Source: an uncultured Bacteroidaceae bacterium
GTDB taxonomy: Bacteria > Bacillota > Clostridia > Christensenellales > CAG-917
Reading direction: 5' to 3'
Assembly (NCBI GenBank): GCA_964414205.1
Contig: CAYPVP010000003.1
Location: 1 to 48,301, forward strand
Length of the DNA: 48,301 bases
The notes under the pieces were generated by a model that did no database searches, was not told the DNA's origin, and worked only from the letters and a program-made list of their open reading frames with translations. The position numbers were made by a program, and so were the translations under genes. Position 1 is the first letter of the stretch; the number at the start of each line of letters is the position of its first letter. This document shows, piece after piece, positions 17,592 to 26,417 of this stretch.

Positions 17592-20351
17592 TCATTCAGA
17601 GCGAAGTGCCACAACAGGGTCTTTGTTGGCTGCAATGGCTGATGGAATCAAACCAGCGATAAAACTCAAACCAAGGCTTATTCCAATCAAAACAACTGGG
17701 TGCCACCAATAGAATTGCAACAGCCCAACAATTCCAATTTGTTTTTGCAAAATGATGTTTGCAATGAACATGGCAAAATAGGAGAATGCAATCGCCAATA
17801 CACCAGAAATCAACCCAATGATTGAAGATTCAGACAAGAAAACATTGTAGATGTCCGATTTTCGTCCACCAATGCTTCTCAAAACTCCAATCTCTTTTCG
17901 GCGTTCCAAAACAGATGTATAGGTTATGATTCCAATCATGATTGAAGAAACGATGAGTGAAATTGATGAGAACGCAAACAAAGCACGAGTCATCATGTCA
18001 GTCAAAGTGCCAACATAGTTCATCAGCACGGCAAGAGTGTCGGAATATTTGATTGATTGTTTTGTGGTGGAAATTTTTTCATAGCCAGAAAGAAGTGCAA
18101 GAATTTTGTCCTTGTCGGCACATGAATTTGCATAGATTTTGATTGTTTTTGGGTTTGTGAGGTCGGCAACACCATATGATGCCAAACATTTTGCATAGGT
18201 GTTTTCATCTTCTTCACTTGTGCTGAAAGCATTGCCAGTGAAAATGTTGATGTCAGTGTTTTGTTTTTGTGCAACAATCAAAGGGTGCGAATTTGTTCTT
18301 GCAATCATCTTTCTTGTAAAGTCACTTGTATAGCCAATGACACCTTTTATGAGTGTTGCATTGATGTTTTGCTTTGGTCGAACGACTCCAACGACTTTCA
18401 TTGTTTCGCTGTTTTCGTTGATATAGCCAGCATCTTTTGTCATGTCGACAGAATGTTTTGCCCAAGAACCACCATTTTTTTGATAAAAGTAGTCAGAATT
18501 TGCCATGACTTTGTATTCAAGATTTAGCAAATCATCTGCCGAGTAGTCTTTGTTGTAGAAGTCGCCATTTCCAAAAATTGCATCAAGGGCATTGTCGCCT
18601 TCAACCAAACCAAGACAGAACAAAGTGTAGTCATCAATTTGGTTTGATTTGTCGATTTTGACAACAATTTCATTGGCGTTTCTTGGCCAACGGCTGTTGT
18701 TTCCAACCAAGTCATATTGTTTTGTCAGCAAATCTCTGTTGTCAGGAATTTCATCCCAAACACTGAACATTTGCATCATGTTTTCAATTTGAGCAGTCAA
18801 ATCTCCCATGTCACCAATGACATCTTTTATGTCATCAAGAAATGGGTTGATTTTGACATATTTGTTTGTTTTTGTGACGTCGCAATACATTGTGAGTGGT
18901 GCTGCATAGTCATATTCCACAATGCCAAAGTCATCATTGAAATTTTTGTCCAAATATGTTTTGATTTCTTTCATGTCGTTTGGCTTGAAAAGAGTGTCGA
19001 GATATGGTGCAAGGTTGCCCATGATTTTGTTGATGAAAATGTCTTCTGAATTTGGATAGTCAGGTCTGACTTCGGTGTTTGCTTGTTGCAAAATGTCAAT
19101 CAACACTTGAACATCTGCGTTCTTTTCGGAAATTTGCAATGGATAGGTGGCAAGAGCGCTCTCTTCGGTGTTTTTGATGTAGATGTTGACACCTGTTGAA
19201 AGTGCCAAAATCAAGGCAATTCCGATGATGCCAATGCTACTTGCAAAAGATGTCAAAAATGTTCTTGTTTTTTTGGAAATCAAATTGCGTGCCGACAACG
19301 AAACTGCTGTTGACAATTTCATTGACACATTTTTGGCATTTCTTTTTTCTTCTCTTTTTTGTTTGCGTTTTTCTTTGGCAAGCAGTTTTGTTGTTTTAGG
19401 GTCACTTGTTTTTTCGCCAAGATTGTCTGAATCAGCAAGTGCTTCAATGTTTACTTTTTCTTCTGTATTCGCTGTTTCGCTTGCAACGAACTTTTTGCTT
19501 GAATCAACAGTTTCATTAGCAATGACCGTTTCGCTTGCAACTACTGTTTCATTTAAACCTGCTGTTTCGCTTGCAACTACTGTTTCATCTTCAACTTTTT
19601 GGTTTGAACTTGGGGTTTCGCTTGAATTGTCTTTCAAAAAATTTGATTCCAAAACATCTTCTTCTTCAAAGTCATCATATGGCATGCTGTCTTCCAAAAC
19701 AATTCCATCTTTGATTTTGACAACACGAGTTGCATATTGAATTGCAAGGTCATCGTTGTGAGTGACCATGATGACCAAATGGTCTTTTGCAATGTTTGCA
19801 AGCAAGTTCATGACTTGAAGTCCAGATTCACTGTCGAGTGCTCCTGTTGGTTCATCAGCCAAAATTATGGTTGGATTGTTGACAATGGCACGAGCGATTG
19901 CAACTCGTTGCATTTGTCCACCTGAAAGTTGATTTGGTTTTTTGCGAACAAGTTTTCCCAAGCCAACTTTTTCCAATGCTTCAATGGCACGGCTTTTGCA
20001 TTCTTCCTTTGAGTAGCCACCAATTTTTAAAGCGAGTTCAACGTTTCGGCGAATTGAAAGGTGAGGAATCAAATTGTAACTTTGAAAAACAAAACCAATT
20101 TCACGGTTGCGATAGGTGTCCCAATCACGCATTGAAAAATCTTTTGTTGAGCGACCATCAATCACCAAATCGCCACTTGTATATTTGTCGAGTCCTCCAA
20201 GAATGTTTAGCATGGTTGTTTTTCCACAGCCACTAGGGCCGAGAATGGCAACAAATTCATTCTTTCTGAAAGAAATTGAAATGTCATCAAGTGCCGTCAC
20301 CGAACTTTCTTTGGATTCATATTTTTTTGTTATGTGTTTTAATTCAATCAT
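17592..20351 (-). CDS. Fused ABC transporter, MacB/FtsX type: N-terminal ATPase, repeat-containing acidic linker, FtsX-family permease with a large extracytoplasmic domain
   Basis: Walker [10 protein letters not shown], signature [14 protein letters not shown], Walker [13 protein letters not shown]-terminal FtsX block [19 protein letters not shown] plus terminal TM helices. 919 aa. Confidence 0.9.
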   Translation of the reverse strand: MIELKHITKKYESKESSVTALDDISISFRKNEFVAILGPSGCGKTTMLNILGGLDKYTSGDLVIDGRSTKDFSMRDWDTYRNREIGFVFQSYNLIPHLSIRRNVELALKIGGYSKEECKSRAIEALEKVGLGKLVRKKPNQLSGGQMQRVAIARAIVNNPTIILADEPTGALDSESGLQVMNLLANIAKDHLVIMVTHNDDLAIQYATRVVKIKDGIVLEDSMPYDDFEEEDVLESNFLKDNSSETPSSNQKVEDETVVASETAGLNETVVASETVIANETVDSSKKFVASETANTEEKVNIEALADSDNLGEKTSDPKTTKLLAKEKRKQKREEKRNAKNVSMKLSTAVSLSARNLISKKTRTFLTSFASSIGIIGIALILALSTGVNIYIKNTEESALATYPLQISEKNADVQVLIDILQQANTEVRPDYPNSEDIFINKIMGNLAPYLDTLFKPNDMKEIKTYLDKNFNDDFGIVEYDYAAPLTMYCDVTKTNKYVKINPFLDDIKDVIGDMGDLTAQIENMMQMFSVWDEIPDNRDLLTKQYDLVGNNSRWPRNANEIVVKIDKSNQIDDYTLFCLGLVEGDNALDAIFGNGDFYNKDYSADDLLNLEYKVMANSDYFYQKNGGSWAKHSVDMTKDAGYINENSETMKVVGVVRPKQNINATLIKGVIGYTSDFTRKMIARTNSHPLIVAQKQNTDINIFTGNAFSTSEEDENTYAKCLASYGVADLTNPKTIKIYANSCADKDKILALLSGYEKISTTKQSIKYSDTLAVLMNYVGTLTDMMTRALFAFSSISLIVSSIMIGIITYTSVLERRKEIGVLRSIGGRKSDIYNVFLSESSIIGLISGVLAIAFSYFAMFIANIILQKQIGIVGLLQFYWWHPVVLIGISLGLSFIAGLIPSAIAANKDPVVALRSE

Positions 20352-20432
20352 AATTTTTCCTTGGATTCACAAATTTTTTTTACTTTTTTGTTGTCGAGCA
20401 GAAAAGTATAGAAACTTTAACTACCAAATCAG

Positions 20433-20461
20433 ATTATATACTATGCAAGACGAACATGCAA
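20433..20461 (-). promoter_or_regulatory. Sigma-70-type promoter for the ABC gene: TTGCAT, 17 nt spacer, TATAAT
   Basis: On the minus strand, TTGCAT is the complement of 20456-20461, the spacer is 17 nt, and TATAAT is the complement of 20433-20438. It lies about 80 nt upstream of ATG 20351. The -35 box is part of a direct repeat CTTGCAT-N6-CTTGCAT. Confidence 0.5.
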
Positions 20462-20911
20462 GTATTTTTTTAAATTCCAAAAAATTCGCTTGTTCTCTTG
20501 ATAGAATTGAAAGAATGTTTTGAACAAGGAAATGTTTTCCAACTCATTTTAGAACACTTTTGTGAATCATAGACATAATTAGTGTGTGAAAAAGGTGAAA
20601 AAATATCGATTGCAAAAAAATTACAAGCAAAGAGAAAAACAAACAATAACATAAACAAATGCACAAATAAGAAAGCAAGAACATAAATTTGGACTCAAAA
20701 AATAAGACAAAAAGAACGCAAACAAAAAAGCAAACACAAGCGCAACCAAGAAAGCAAAAATAAGCAAACAAGAACCTAAACAAATACATAAACAAGAAAG
20801 TAAATTAGAACACAAACAAAAACAACATAAAAGCGCAAAAAAGCCCAAAGAAAAAATACAAAAATCAATACATTATAAAACAGAAATAATCACAATAAAA
20901 TCACAAGACAA

Positions 20912-20952
20912 AAAGAAAAAAAAGAACGGTGTATCAATTTGACACACCGTTC
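20912..20952 (-). terminator. Rho-independent terminator of glmM
   Basis: GAACGGTGT / ACACCGTTC stem (20924-20932 / 20944-20952). On the minus strand it is followed by a long T-run (plus-strand A-run 20912-20923). Lies 13 nt after the glmM stop. Confidence 0.85.
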
Positions 20953-20964
20953 AACAAACAATAT

Positions 20965-22287
20965 TTATGCAAGTTCATTGATGACTTTTTCAACAGCCTT
21001 TTTCAATCTATTTGCAACGTTGTCAGCATATTCCATGCTGTCACATTCAACCATAATTCTAACTTTTGGTTCAGTTCCACTTTTTCTCAACAAAATTCTT
21101 CCTTTGTCGCCAATTTCTTTTTCCAACTCTTTTTGAGTGTCAAGCAAGAATTTGTTTTTCATGATTTCATTTTTGTGTTCTGAAATGATGTTCAAGTTGA
21201 TTTGAGGATAGCAAATGCTGTCATCAAGTTCTTCAAGCCCTTTGCCATATTCTTTGACAAGTCGAGCAAGATAGAGTGCTGTCAACAAGCCATCGCCTGT
21301 GCAAATGAATTCTCTCAAAATGATGTGTCCACTTTGTTCGCCCCCAACAAGCAAATCATCGTTCACCATTTTTTCCATGACATAGTGGTCGCCAATGTCA
21401 GTTCTAAAAAGTTTGATGCCGTTGTTTTTGAGTGACATTTCTGTTCCCATATTGGTGTGCAAAGTGCCAACAACAGCGTTGGAGTTGAGTTTTCCACATG
21501 CTTTCATGTGTTTTCCGATGATGTAAATGATGCTGTCACCATTGACAATTTTTCCATTTTTGTCAACAGCAATGATTCTGTCAGCATCTCCGTCAAAGCA
21601 AAAGCCTATGTCTGATTTGTTTTCAACTGTTTTTTCTGAAATGACCTCAGGGTGCAATGCTCCACAGTTTTCGTTGATGTGCTCGCCATCACCAGTGTTG
21701 AAGTAGCATTCAACATTTGCGCCCAAAGTTTTGAAAATTTTTGGAGCAATGAAACTCACAGCACCATTTGAGCAATCAAGAGAAATGTTCAAACCTGAAA
21801 GGTCAAAGTTGGCAGTTTTTTTCAAAAGTTCAACATATTGATTGTAGGCATTTTCATCTCTCAAAATTTGCCCTTTTCTGTCAGCAATGAAAGGACTGTC
21901 CTCATCAATGAAATTTTCAACAAAAACTTCTTCTTCGTCCAAAAGTTTGCGACCTTCAAAGTTGAAAACCTTGATGCCGTTGTATTCTTTTGGGTTGTGA
22001 GACGCAGAAAGCACAATTCCATATTGAGCATTGAGCAAAGGTGTCATGTATGCAATTCCTGGTGTTGAAATGATGTCAAAATTGACAATGTCAGCCCCTG
22101 CATCTGTTGCACCTTTTGCAAAAGAGTTCAAAAGTGCTTTGCCTGATGGTCTGGTGTCACGGCCAATGACAAGTTTTTTGCCCAAGGCAGATTTTCCGAG
22201 GCAGTTTCCCACCAAATAAGCAATTTTATCAGTAAGAAATTCGCCGTAGATGCCACGAATTCCATCAGTTCCAAAATATTTTTTCAT
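20965..22287 (-). CDS. glmM: Phosphoglucosamine mutase
   Basis: GTDGIRG N-terminus and the phosphoserine loop SASHNPKEYNGIK. 440 aa with a typical alpha-D-phosphohexomutase layout. Confidence 0.9.
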   Translation of the reverse strand: MKKYFGTDGIRGIYGEFLTDKIAYLVGNCLGKSALGKKLVIGRDTRPSGKALLNSFAKGATDAGADIVNFDIISTPGIAYMTPLLNAQYGIVLSASHNPKEYNGIKVFNFEGRKLLDEEEVFVENFIDEDSPFIADRKGQILRDENAYNQYVELLKKTANFDLSGLNISLDCSNGAVSFIAPKIFKTLGANVECYFNTGDGEHINENCGALHPEVISEKTVENKSDIGFCFDGDADRIIAVDKNGKIVNGDSIIYIIGKHMKACGKLNSNAVVGTLHTNMGTEMSLKNNGIKLFRTDIGDHYVMEKMVNDDLLVGGEQSGHIILREFICTGDGLLTALYLARLVKEYGKGLEELDDSICYPQINLNIISEHKNEIMKNKFLLDTQKELEKEIGDKGRILLRKSGTEPKVRIMVECDSMEYADNVANRLKKAVEKVINELA

Positions 22288-22304
22288 AATTATCCTACAT
22301 GCGT

Positions 22305-22964
22305 TTAAAGTTTTTTATACTTTGAACGATTTTCTTTGATGGTTTCACGCGCTCTTGCAATGCACATGCAATTTGCAGGCAAATTTTTTGTGACTGTGCT
22401 TCCAGCAGCAATGTATGCTCCATCTTCAACTTGGACAGGTGCAATCACATTGGAGTTGCTTCCAATGAAAACACCATTTCCAATGACACTTCTTTGTTTA
22501 GTTTCGCCATTGTAGTTTACAAAAATTACGCCACATCCGACATTGCATTTGAAACCAATGTCCGTGTCTCCAACATAGGCAAGATGTGCTGTTTTTGTGT
22601 TGAATCCAAGAGAACTGTTTTTGATTTCAACAAAATTTCCAATTCTGCAATGACTGTCAATGTGAGTGTGGGTGTGAATGTTTGCATATGGTCCAACAGT
22701 TGTGTTTGAGCCAACTTCTGAATCAACAATGCGACTGCTTTCAATCATAACTTCATCACCAATTATAGAGTTGATGATTTTTGAATTGCTATCGATGACA
22801 CAATTTTTTCCGATGATTGTACTTCCTTTGATTTTCACCATTGGAGAAATTTTTGTTCCCTCACCAATTTGAACTTCATCGTCGATGTAAACAAGGTCTG
22901 TATCTTCAAAAAAAACGCCTTCTTTTTTCAATGCTTCGATTTTATCGATGTATCTTTGTTCCAT
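22305..22964 (-). CDS. Stand-alone left-handed beta-helix acetyltransferase equivalent to the C-terminal (GlcN-1-P N-acetyltransferase) half of GlmU
   Basis: Hexapeptide repeats and GlmU C-terminal blocks (GNFVEIKNS, KTAHLAYVGDTDIG, NVGCGVIFVNYNG..K, VIAPVQV). There is no N-terminal uridylyltransferase domain. Start moved to ATG 22964 with GGAG upstream. Confidence 0.75.
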   Translation of the reverse strand: MEQRYIDKIEALKKEGVFFEDTDLVYIDDEVQIGEGTKISPMVKIKGSTIIGKNCVIDSNSKIINSIIGDEVMIESSRIVDSEVGSNTTVGPYANIHTHTHIDSHCRIGNFVEIKNSSLGFNTKTAHLAYVGDTDIGFKCNVGCGVIFVNYNGETKQRSVIGNGVFIGSNSNVIAPVQVEDGAYIAAGSTVTKNLPANCMCIARARETIKENRSKYKKL

Positions 22965-23475
22965 AATCTCCTCGATAATGCAAAAATATGGTTGAACTAG
23001 CAAACAAACATTTTTCACATTAACTTTCAAATTTTATATCACTGCTGTTATTTTGTCAACAATTTGTTGTTTGACTCAGATTTTGTCAAAGTTGTTGGCA
23101 ATAGGCGCACAAAAATTAAAAGTTGCTTTGCAATCGAAATTGAATGAACATATGTCAAAACAAAAATAGACACTTTTAAATTTTGAGGCTATACTTATGC
23201 TATGAATTTTTGAAAAAATATGAAAATGCACAGAAAAAAGAAAACAAGTTTATCATATTTTGCAAAAAGTGTTGAATATTGTTGTAAAACCAAGAAATAT
23301 CACGATGTTTTTGCCAAATATTGAAGATTTATCATTTTTGAGTGGAAATAATTTTTAATGGACATATAATTTTTATTTGGGTGAAAAAATAAAATTTTTT
23401 TTGACATTATTCCAAAAAATCAAAAAGCATTGAATTTTTCGGTCAAAAAAAAGGCTGAAACACAGAAAAAAATTG

Positions 23476-23504
23476 TTGACAGCAAAAAAACTTGTTTTTA
23501 TCAT
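23476..23504 (+). promoter_or_regulatory. Sigma-70-type promoter for nagB: TTGACA, 17 nt spacer, TATCAT
   Basis: TTGACA at 23476-23481, 17-nt spacer, TATCAT at 23499-23504. The ATG is at 23525, preceded by GGAGGA. Confidence 0.55.
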
Positions 23505-23524
23505 AAAAAACGGAGGAACGAAAA

Positions 23525-24247
23525 ATGAAAGTAAGAATTGCAAAAAACAAGCAAGAATTTGCTGAGTTCGCTTTTGAAGAAATGATTGATGTCATCAAAA
23601 ACAAACCAGACGCTATTCTTGGTTTAGCAACAGGTTCAACTCCAATTTGCCTTTATGAAAAGATGATTGAAGACCACAAGGCAAACAGGACAACCTACAA
23701 AGACATTCATTCATTCAACTTGGACGAATATGTTGGTCTTGACATTTCAAATGACCAAAGTTATGTGTATTTTATGAACGACAACTTGTTCAAAGGAATT
23801 GACATTGACAAAAACAACACAAATTTCTTGAATGGTATGGCAAAGGATGTTGACAAAGAATGTGCTAGATATTCAAAGTTGCTTTCTGAAAATGAAATTG
23901 ACATTCAACTTTTGGGAATTGGCTCAAATGGACACATTGCTTTCAACGAACCAGGAACAAGTTTTGACAGCAAGGCTCACAAAGTCGATTTGCAAGAAAG
24001 CACAATCAAGGACAATTCAAGATTTTTTGAATCAATCGCTACCACCCCAACACAAGCATTGACAATGGGACTCAGCGAAATTATGAAAGCAAAAAAAGTT
24101 TTGTTGATGGCAAACGGAAAAAACAAAGCCGATGCAATCTATGGTCTTGTCAAAGGACAAATGACAGAAAATTTGCCAGCAAGCATTTTGCAAAACCACC
24201 CAAATTGTGTCGTTGTTGTTGATGAAGAAGCAGGAAGCAAACTGTAA
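23525..24247 (+). CDS. nagB: Glucosamine-6-phosphate deaminase
   Basis: LGLATGSTP and GIGSNGHIAFNEPG motifs. 240 aa. Confidence 0.9.
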   Translation: MKVRIAKNKQEFAEFAFEEMIDVIKNKPDAILGLATGSTPICLYEKMIEDHKANRTTYKDIHSFNLDEYVGLDISNDQSYVYFMNDNLFKGIDIDKNNTNFLNGMAKDVDKECARYSKLLSENEIDIQLLGIGSNGHIAFNEPGTSFDSKAHKVDLQESTIKDNSRFFESIATTPTQALTMGLSEIMKAKKVLLMANGKNKADAIYGLVKGQMTENLPASILQNHPNCVVVVDEEAGSKL

Positions 24248-24399
24248 AATACAAAGAAAAAATAAAAAGCAAACAAGAAACTAGCAAAAATATGCAAGAA
24301 TAAACTTGCCAAAAGCAATTAAACAGCAAAAAGAAAATTTGGCAGTATTGGCAGTAAAAAACAAATTAAAAGTGTAAAACAAGAAAAAACTAGCAAAGA

Positions 24400-24432
24400 A
24401 AAAGCGTTTTCAAAATGAAAACGCTTTTTTTG
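24400..24432. terminator. Bidirectional rho-independent terminator
   Basis: AGCGTTTTC / GAAAACGCT stem (24403-24425), an A-run upstream and TTTTTT downstream. Lies between convergent nagB and the zinc-ribbon gene. Confidence 0.8.
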
Positions 24433-24524
24433 ATTTGCATAAAAATTTTGTCTTATGTGTTTTTTATTCTATCAGTATAATTTATAATTATCGAGAACAC
24501 AAAAAACTAAATACAAAATTTTGC

Positions 24525-24755
24525 TTATGCTGGGTTTTGTTCATTTTCTTGAAAATTTGCTGGAACAAGTCCTTTTTCTTTTGCTTTTTCAAATGACATG
24601 CATTTTGATTTGCAAATTGGACATTTTTTGCCTTTCAAAATATAGAAAGGAAGATACCATAGGAAACCACCAAGAAAAATTACAATGAACCAGTTGAACT
24701 TTTTTTGTGGGGTAACCATTCTTTTGCAATTTGGACAATACTTTGCTTTTGCCAT
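24525..24755 (-). CDS. Small LITAF-like zinc-ribbon membrane protein
   Basis: 76 aa laid out as CPNC, then a hydrophobic hairpin (FNWFIVIFLGGFLWYLPFYIL), then CPIC. AAGGAGA RBS. Confidence 0.65.
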   Translation of the reverse strand: MAKAKYCPNCKRMVTPQKKFNWFIVIFLGGFLWYLPFYILKGKKCPICKSKCMSFEKAKEKGLVPANFQENEQNPA

Positions 24756-24881
24756 AATATTTTCTCCTTGAAAATGTGTTTTTTTTAATAATAATCCAAA
24801 TAAATTGGAATGTCAATGTATAACTTCATAAATCTTGGAAAATAATTCAAAAATAATGGATTGTGTCTTATAATTTTTAAA

Positions 24882-25232
24882 ATGGTAATATTCGCTGAAA
24901 GATTAAAATATTTGAGAGAACGACGAGGGCTGATGCAAAAAGCCGTCGCCGTCGATTTGAATATTGGAAATACTACACTTTCAAACTATGAAAAAGACAT
25001 CAGTTCTCCAAGTCCCGAAATGCTTGTTGCGATTGCTGACTATTTCAACACTTCAATTGACTATCTTTTGGGTAGAACAAACAATTCGGCACCTATCTCA
25101 TCATCAGTCAAAGAAGAAGAAAAATATATTTCAACTGTTTGTCACAATCTCAATGATGAAAACAAAAAAAGTCTGTTTGACTATGCAGAATATCTATCGC
25201 AGAAATACAACAAAAACATTAAAAAAGATTGA
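24882..25232 (+). CDS. XRE-family helix-turn-helix transcriptional regulator
   Basis: HTH_3 signature (ERLKYLRERRGLMQKAVAVDLNIGNTTLSNYEKD ... LVAIADYFNTSIDYLLG). First ATG at 24882. TATAAT at 24869-24874 lies 7 nt upstream and there is no RBS, so the transcript is possibly leaderless. Confidence 0.8.
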   Translation: MVIFAERLKYLRERRGLMQKAVAVDLNIGNTTLSNYEKDISSPSPEMLVAIADYFNTSIDYLLGRTNNSAPISSSVKEEEKYISTVCHNLNDENKKSLFDYAEYLSQKYNKNIKKD

Positions 25233-25239
25233 GTTTGAT

Positions 25240-25295
25240 TTGAAAAACGGATTTTCATATGCATTGAAAAACGGATTTTCATTTGCATTGAAAAG
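25240..25295. repeat. 24-bp tandem repeat, about 2.3 copies (TTGAAAAACGGATTTTCATwTGCA)
   Basis: Units at 25240-25263 and 25264-25287, with a partial unit at 25288-25295. Starts 8 nt after the XRE stop codon. Confidence 0.75.
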
Positions 25296-25531
25296 TTGTT
25301 CAACTTGCAAAATCATGCAAAAATGTTTAAGGGTATTTTTTGTAGATTGCAAATTTTCAATTTGTTATTGTTGGAAATCAATTTTTTTATCGTAAAAAAA
25401 TCATTAAAATCAGTGAAAATTTTGACAAATATCATAAAAAATGTGATACATCAAATTTCAAAATCATGACAAACTCCAAGTTCAAAATGGTGATAATTCA
25501 AGGTTGATAATTGTGGCAAAATTGTGTCAAA

Positions 25532-25990
25532 TCACAGTTTGCAAGGGTTTTCTTTGATGTAGTCATCAAGAATTTTTGCACATTCAAAAACCAAATCGGC
25601 ACAACTGCGTTTTGTATAGTATGCCTCTGTTCGCTCACTTGGAACAGGGTTTGTTGAAGTTTCGCTTTGTGGCAACAAATTGCGACATATAATTGTGTTG
25701 TGATTTGAAATGAATTTTTTTGCCAATTCTTGAATTCTTGCATAGTGGTTGGCTTTTGATGTTTTGTCTTGTGGCAAATCATAGCCATACAAAAAGCCTG
25801 CAACAATAAACATTCCTGAAACAGCACCACAAACTTCACGCATCCTTCCCATTCCACCACCAAAAGACGATGACATTTTGAGCAGTTTGTCGTTTGGAAT
25901 GTCAATCAAGTCGCTGAATGCCAAAACCACTGATTGCGAGCAGTTGTAGCCTTGTTTGAAAAATTCATATGCTTTTTCTGAACGATTCAT
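25532..25990 (-). CDS. C_GCAxxG_C_C family protein (putative redox-active Cys protein)
   Basis: Motifs GYNCSQSVVLAF, GGGMGRMREVCGAVSG, ICRNLL and CADLV. Start moved to ATG 25990, preceded by GGAGAAAAAA. Confidence 0.75.
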   Translation of the reverse strand: MNRSEKAYEFFKQGYNCSQSVVLAFSDLIDIPNDKLLKMSSSFGGGMGRMREVCGAVSGMFIVAGFLYGYDLPQDKTSKANHYARIQELAKKFISNHNTIICRNLLPQSETSTNPVPSERTEAYYTKRSCADLVFECAKILDDYIKENPCKL

Positions 25991-26061
25991 TTTTTTCTCC
26001 AATTCGGTTGATATTGTTTTATATTTTGTATACACTACTATTAGCAAAAGAAATTCTTTTA

Positions 26062-26104
26062 CCCAAGGGCAGTAATAATTACCTTGGGATTTTCTTTTTT
26101 TTAT
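26062..26104 (+). terminator. Plus-strand intrinsic terminator with no plus-strand gene upstream (orphan)
   Basis: CCCAAGG (26062-26068) / CCTTGGG (26082-26088) stem with a 13-nt loop, followed by ATTTTCTTTTTTTT. On the minus strand no U-tract follows the hairpin. Confidence 0.55.
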
Positions 26105-26264
26105 TTTAGGTGTGACTTTGTGTGCAATTTCAATTTATCTTTTGCGTTTTCAAAAGTCAATCATTTTTCATTGTGAAAAATTTGACATATTAGACAAAAT
26201 TGTTGACAAATCTACAAAAAGAAAAATATTCCAACAAAAATTTCAAACTTATGCACTCAATTTG

Positions 26265-26293
26265 TTGACAAGATATTGTAATTATTATAAACT
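26265..26293 (+). promoter_or_regulatory. Candidate promoter of the riboswitch-permease transcript
   Basis: TTGACA at 26265-26270, then TATAAA (15-nt spacer) or TAAACT (17-nt spacer). The aptamer starts about 20 nt downstream. Confidence 0.45.
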
Positions 26294-26313
26294 TCAATCA
26301 TCTATTTGTTTTG

Positions 26314-26376
26314 CCAATATAATCGAATGATATGGTTTCGAGTCTCTACCAGGCACCGTAAATGCTTGACTATTGG
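26314..26376 (+). promoter_or_regulatory. Purine riboswitch aptamer, guanine/hypoxanthine-specific (C at the specificity position)
   Basis: P1 is CCAAUA/UAUUGG. Conserved UAUAAU, L2 GAUAUGG, J2/3 UCUACC, P3-L3 AGGCACCGUAAAUGCUU, and J3/1 GAC (the C74 equivalent) followed by U. Aligns almost base-for-base with the B. subtilis xpt G-box. Lies upstream of a purine permease. Confidence 0.9.
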
Positions 26377-26417
26377 ACATTGTGTTCTAAAAACAATGGA
26401 ATTTTCCATTTTAGATG

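Noticed and set aside
20470-20848. Three overlapping minus-strand ORFs (64, 83 and 75 aa) rich in F/L/C
   Set aside because: They are translations of the T-rich complement of a low-complexity A/C tract. They overlap each other in different frames and have no RBS.
22965-23524. glmS-type ribozyme or the missing GlmU N-terminal domain upstream of the acetyltransferase ORF
   Set aside because: I saw no extended ORF or recognisable NTP-transferase remnant in any frame, and no glmS ribozyme core. The region looks like a divergent promoter spacer.
25498-25905. 135-aa minus-strand ORF
   Set aside because: It is out of frame within the C_GCAxxG_C_C gene, which has clear family motifs and a proper RBS.
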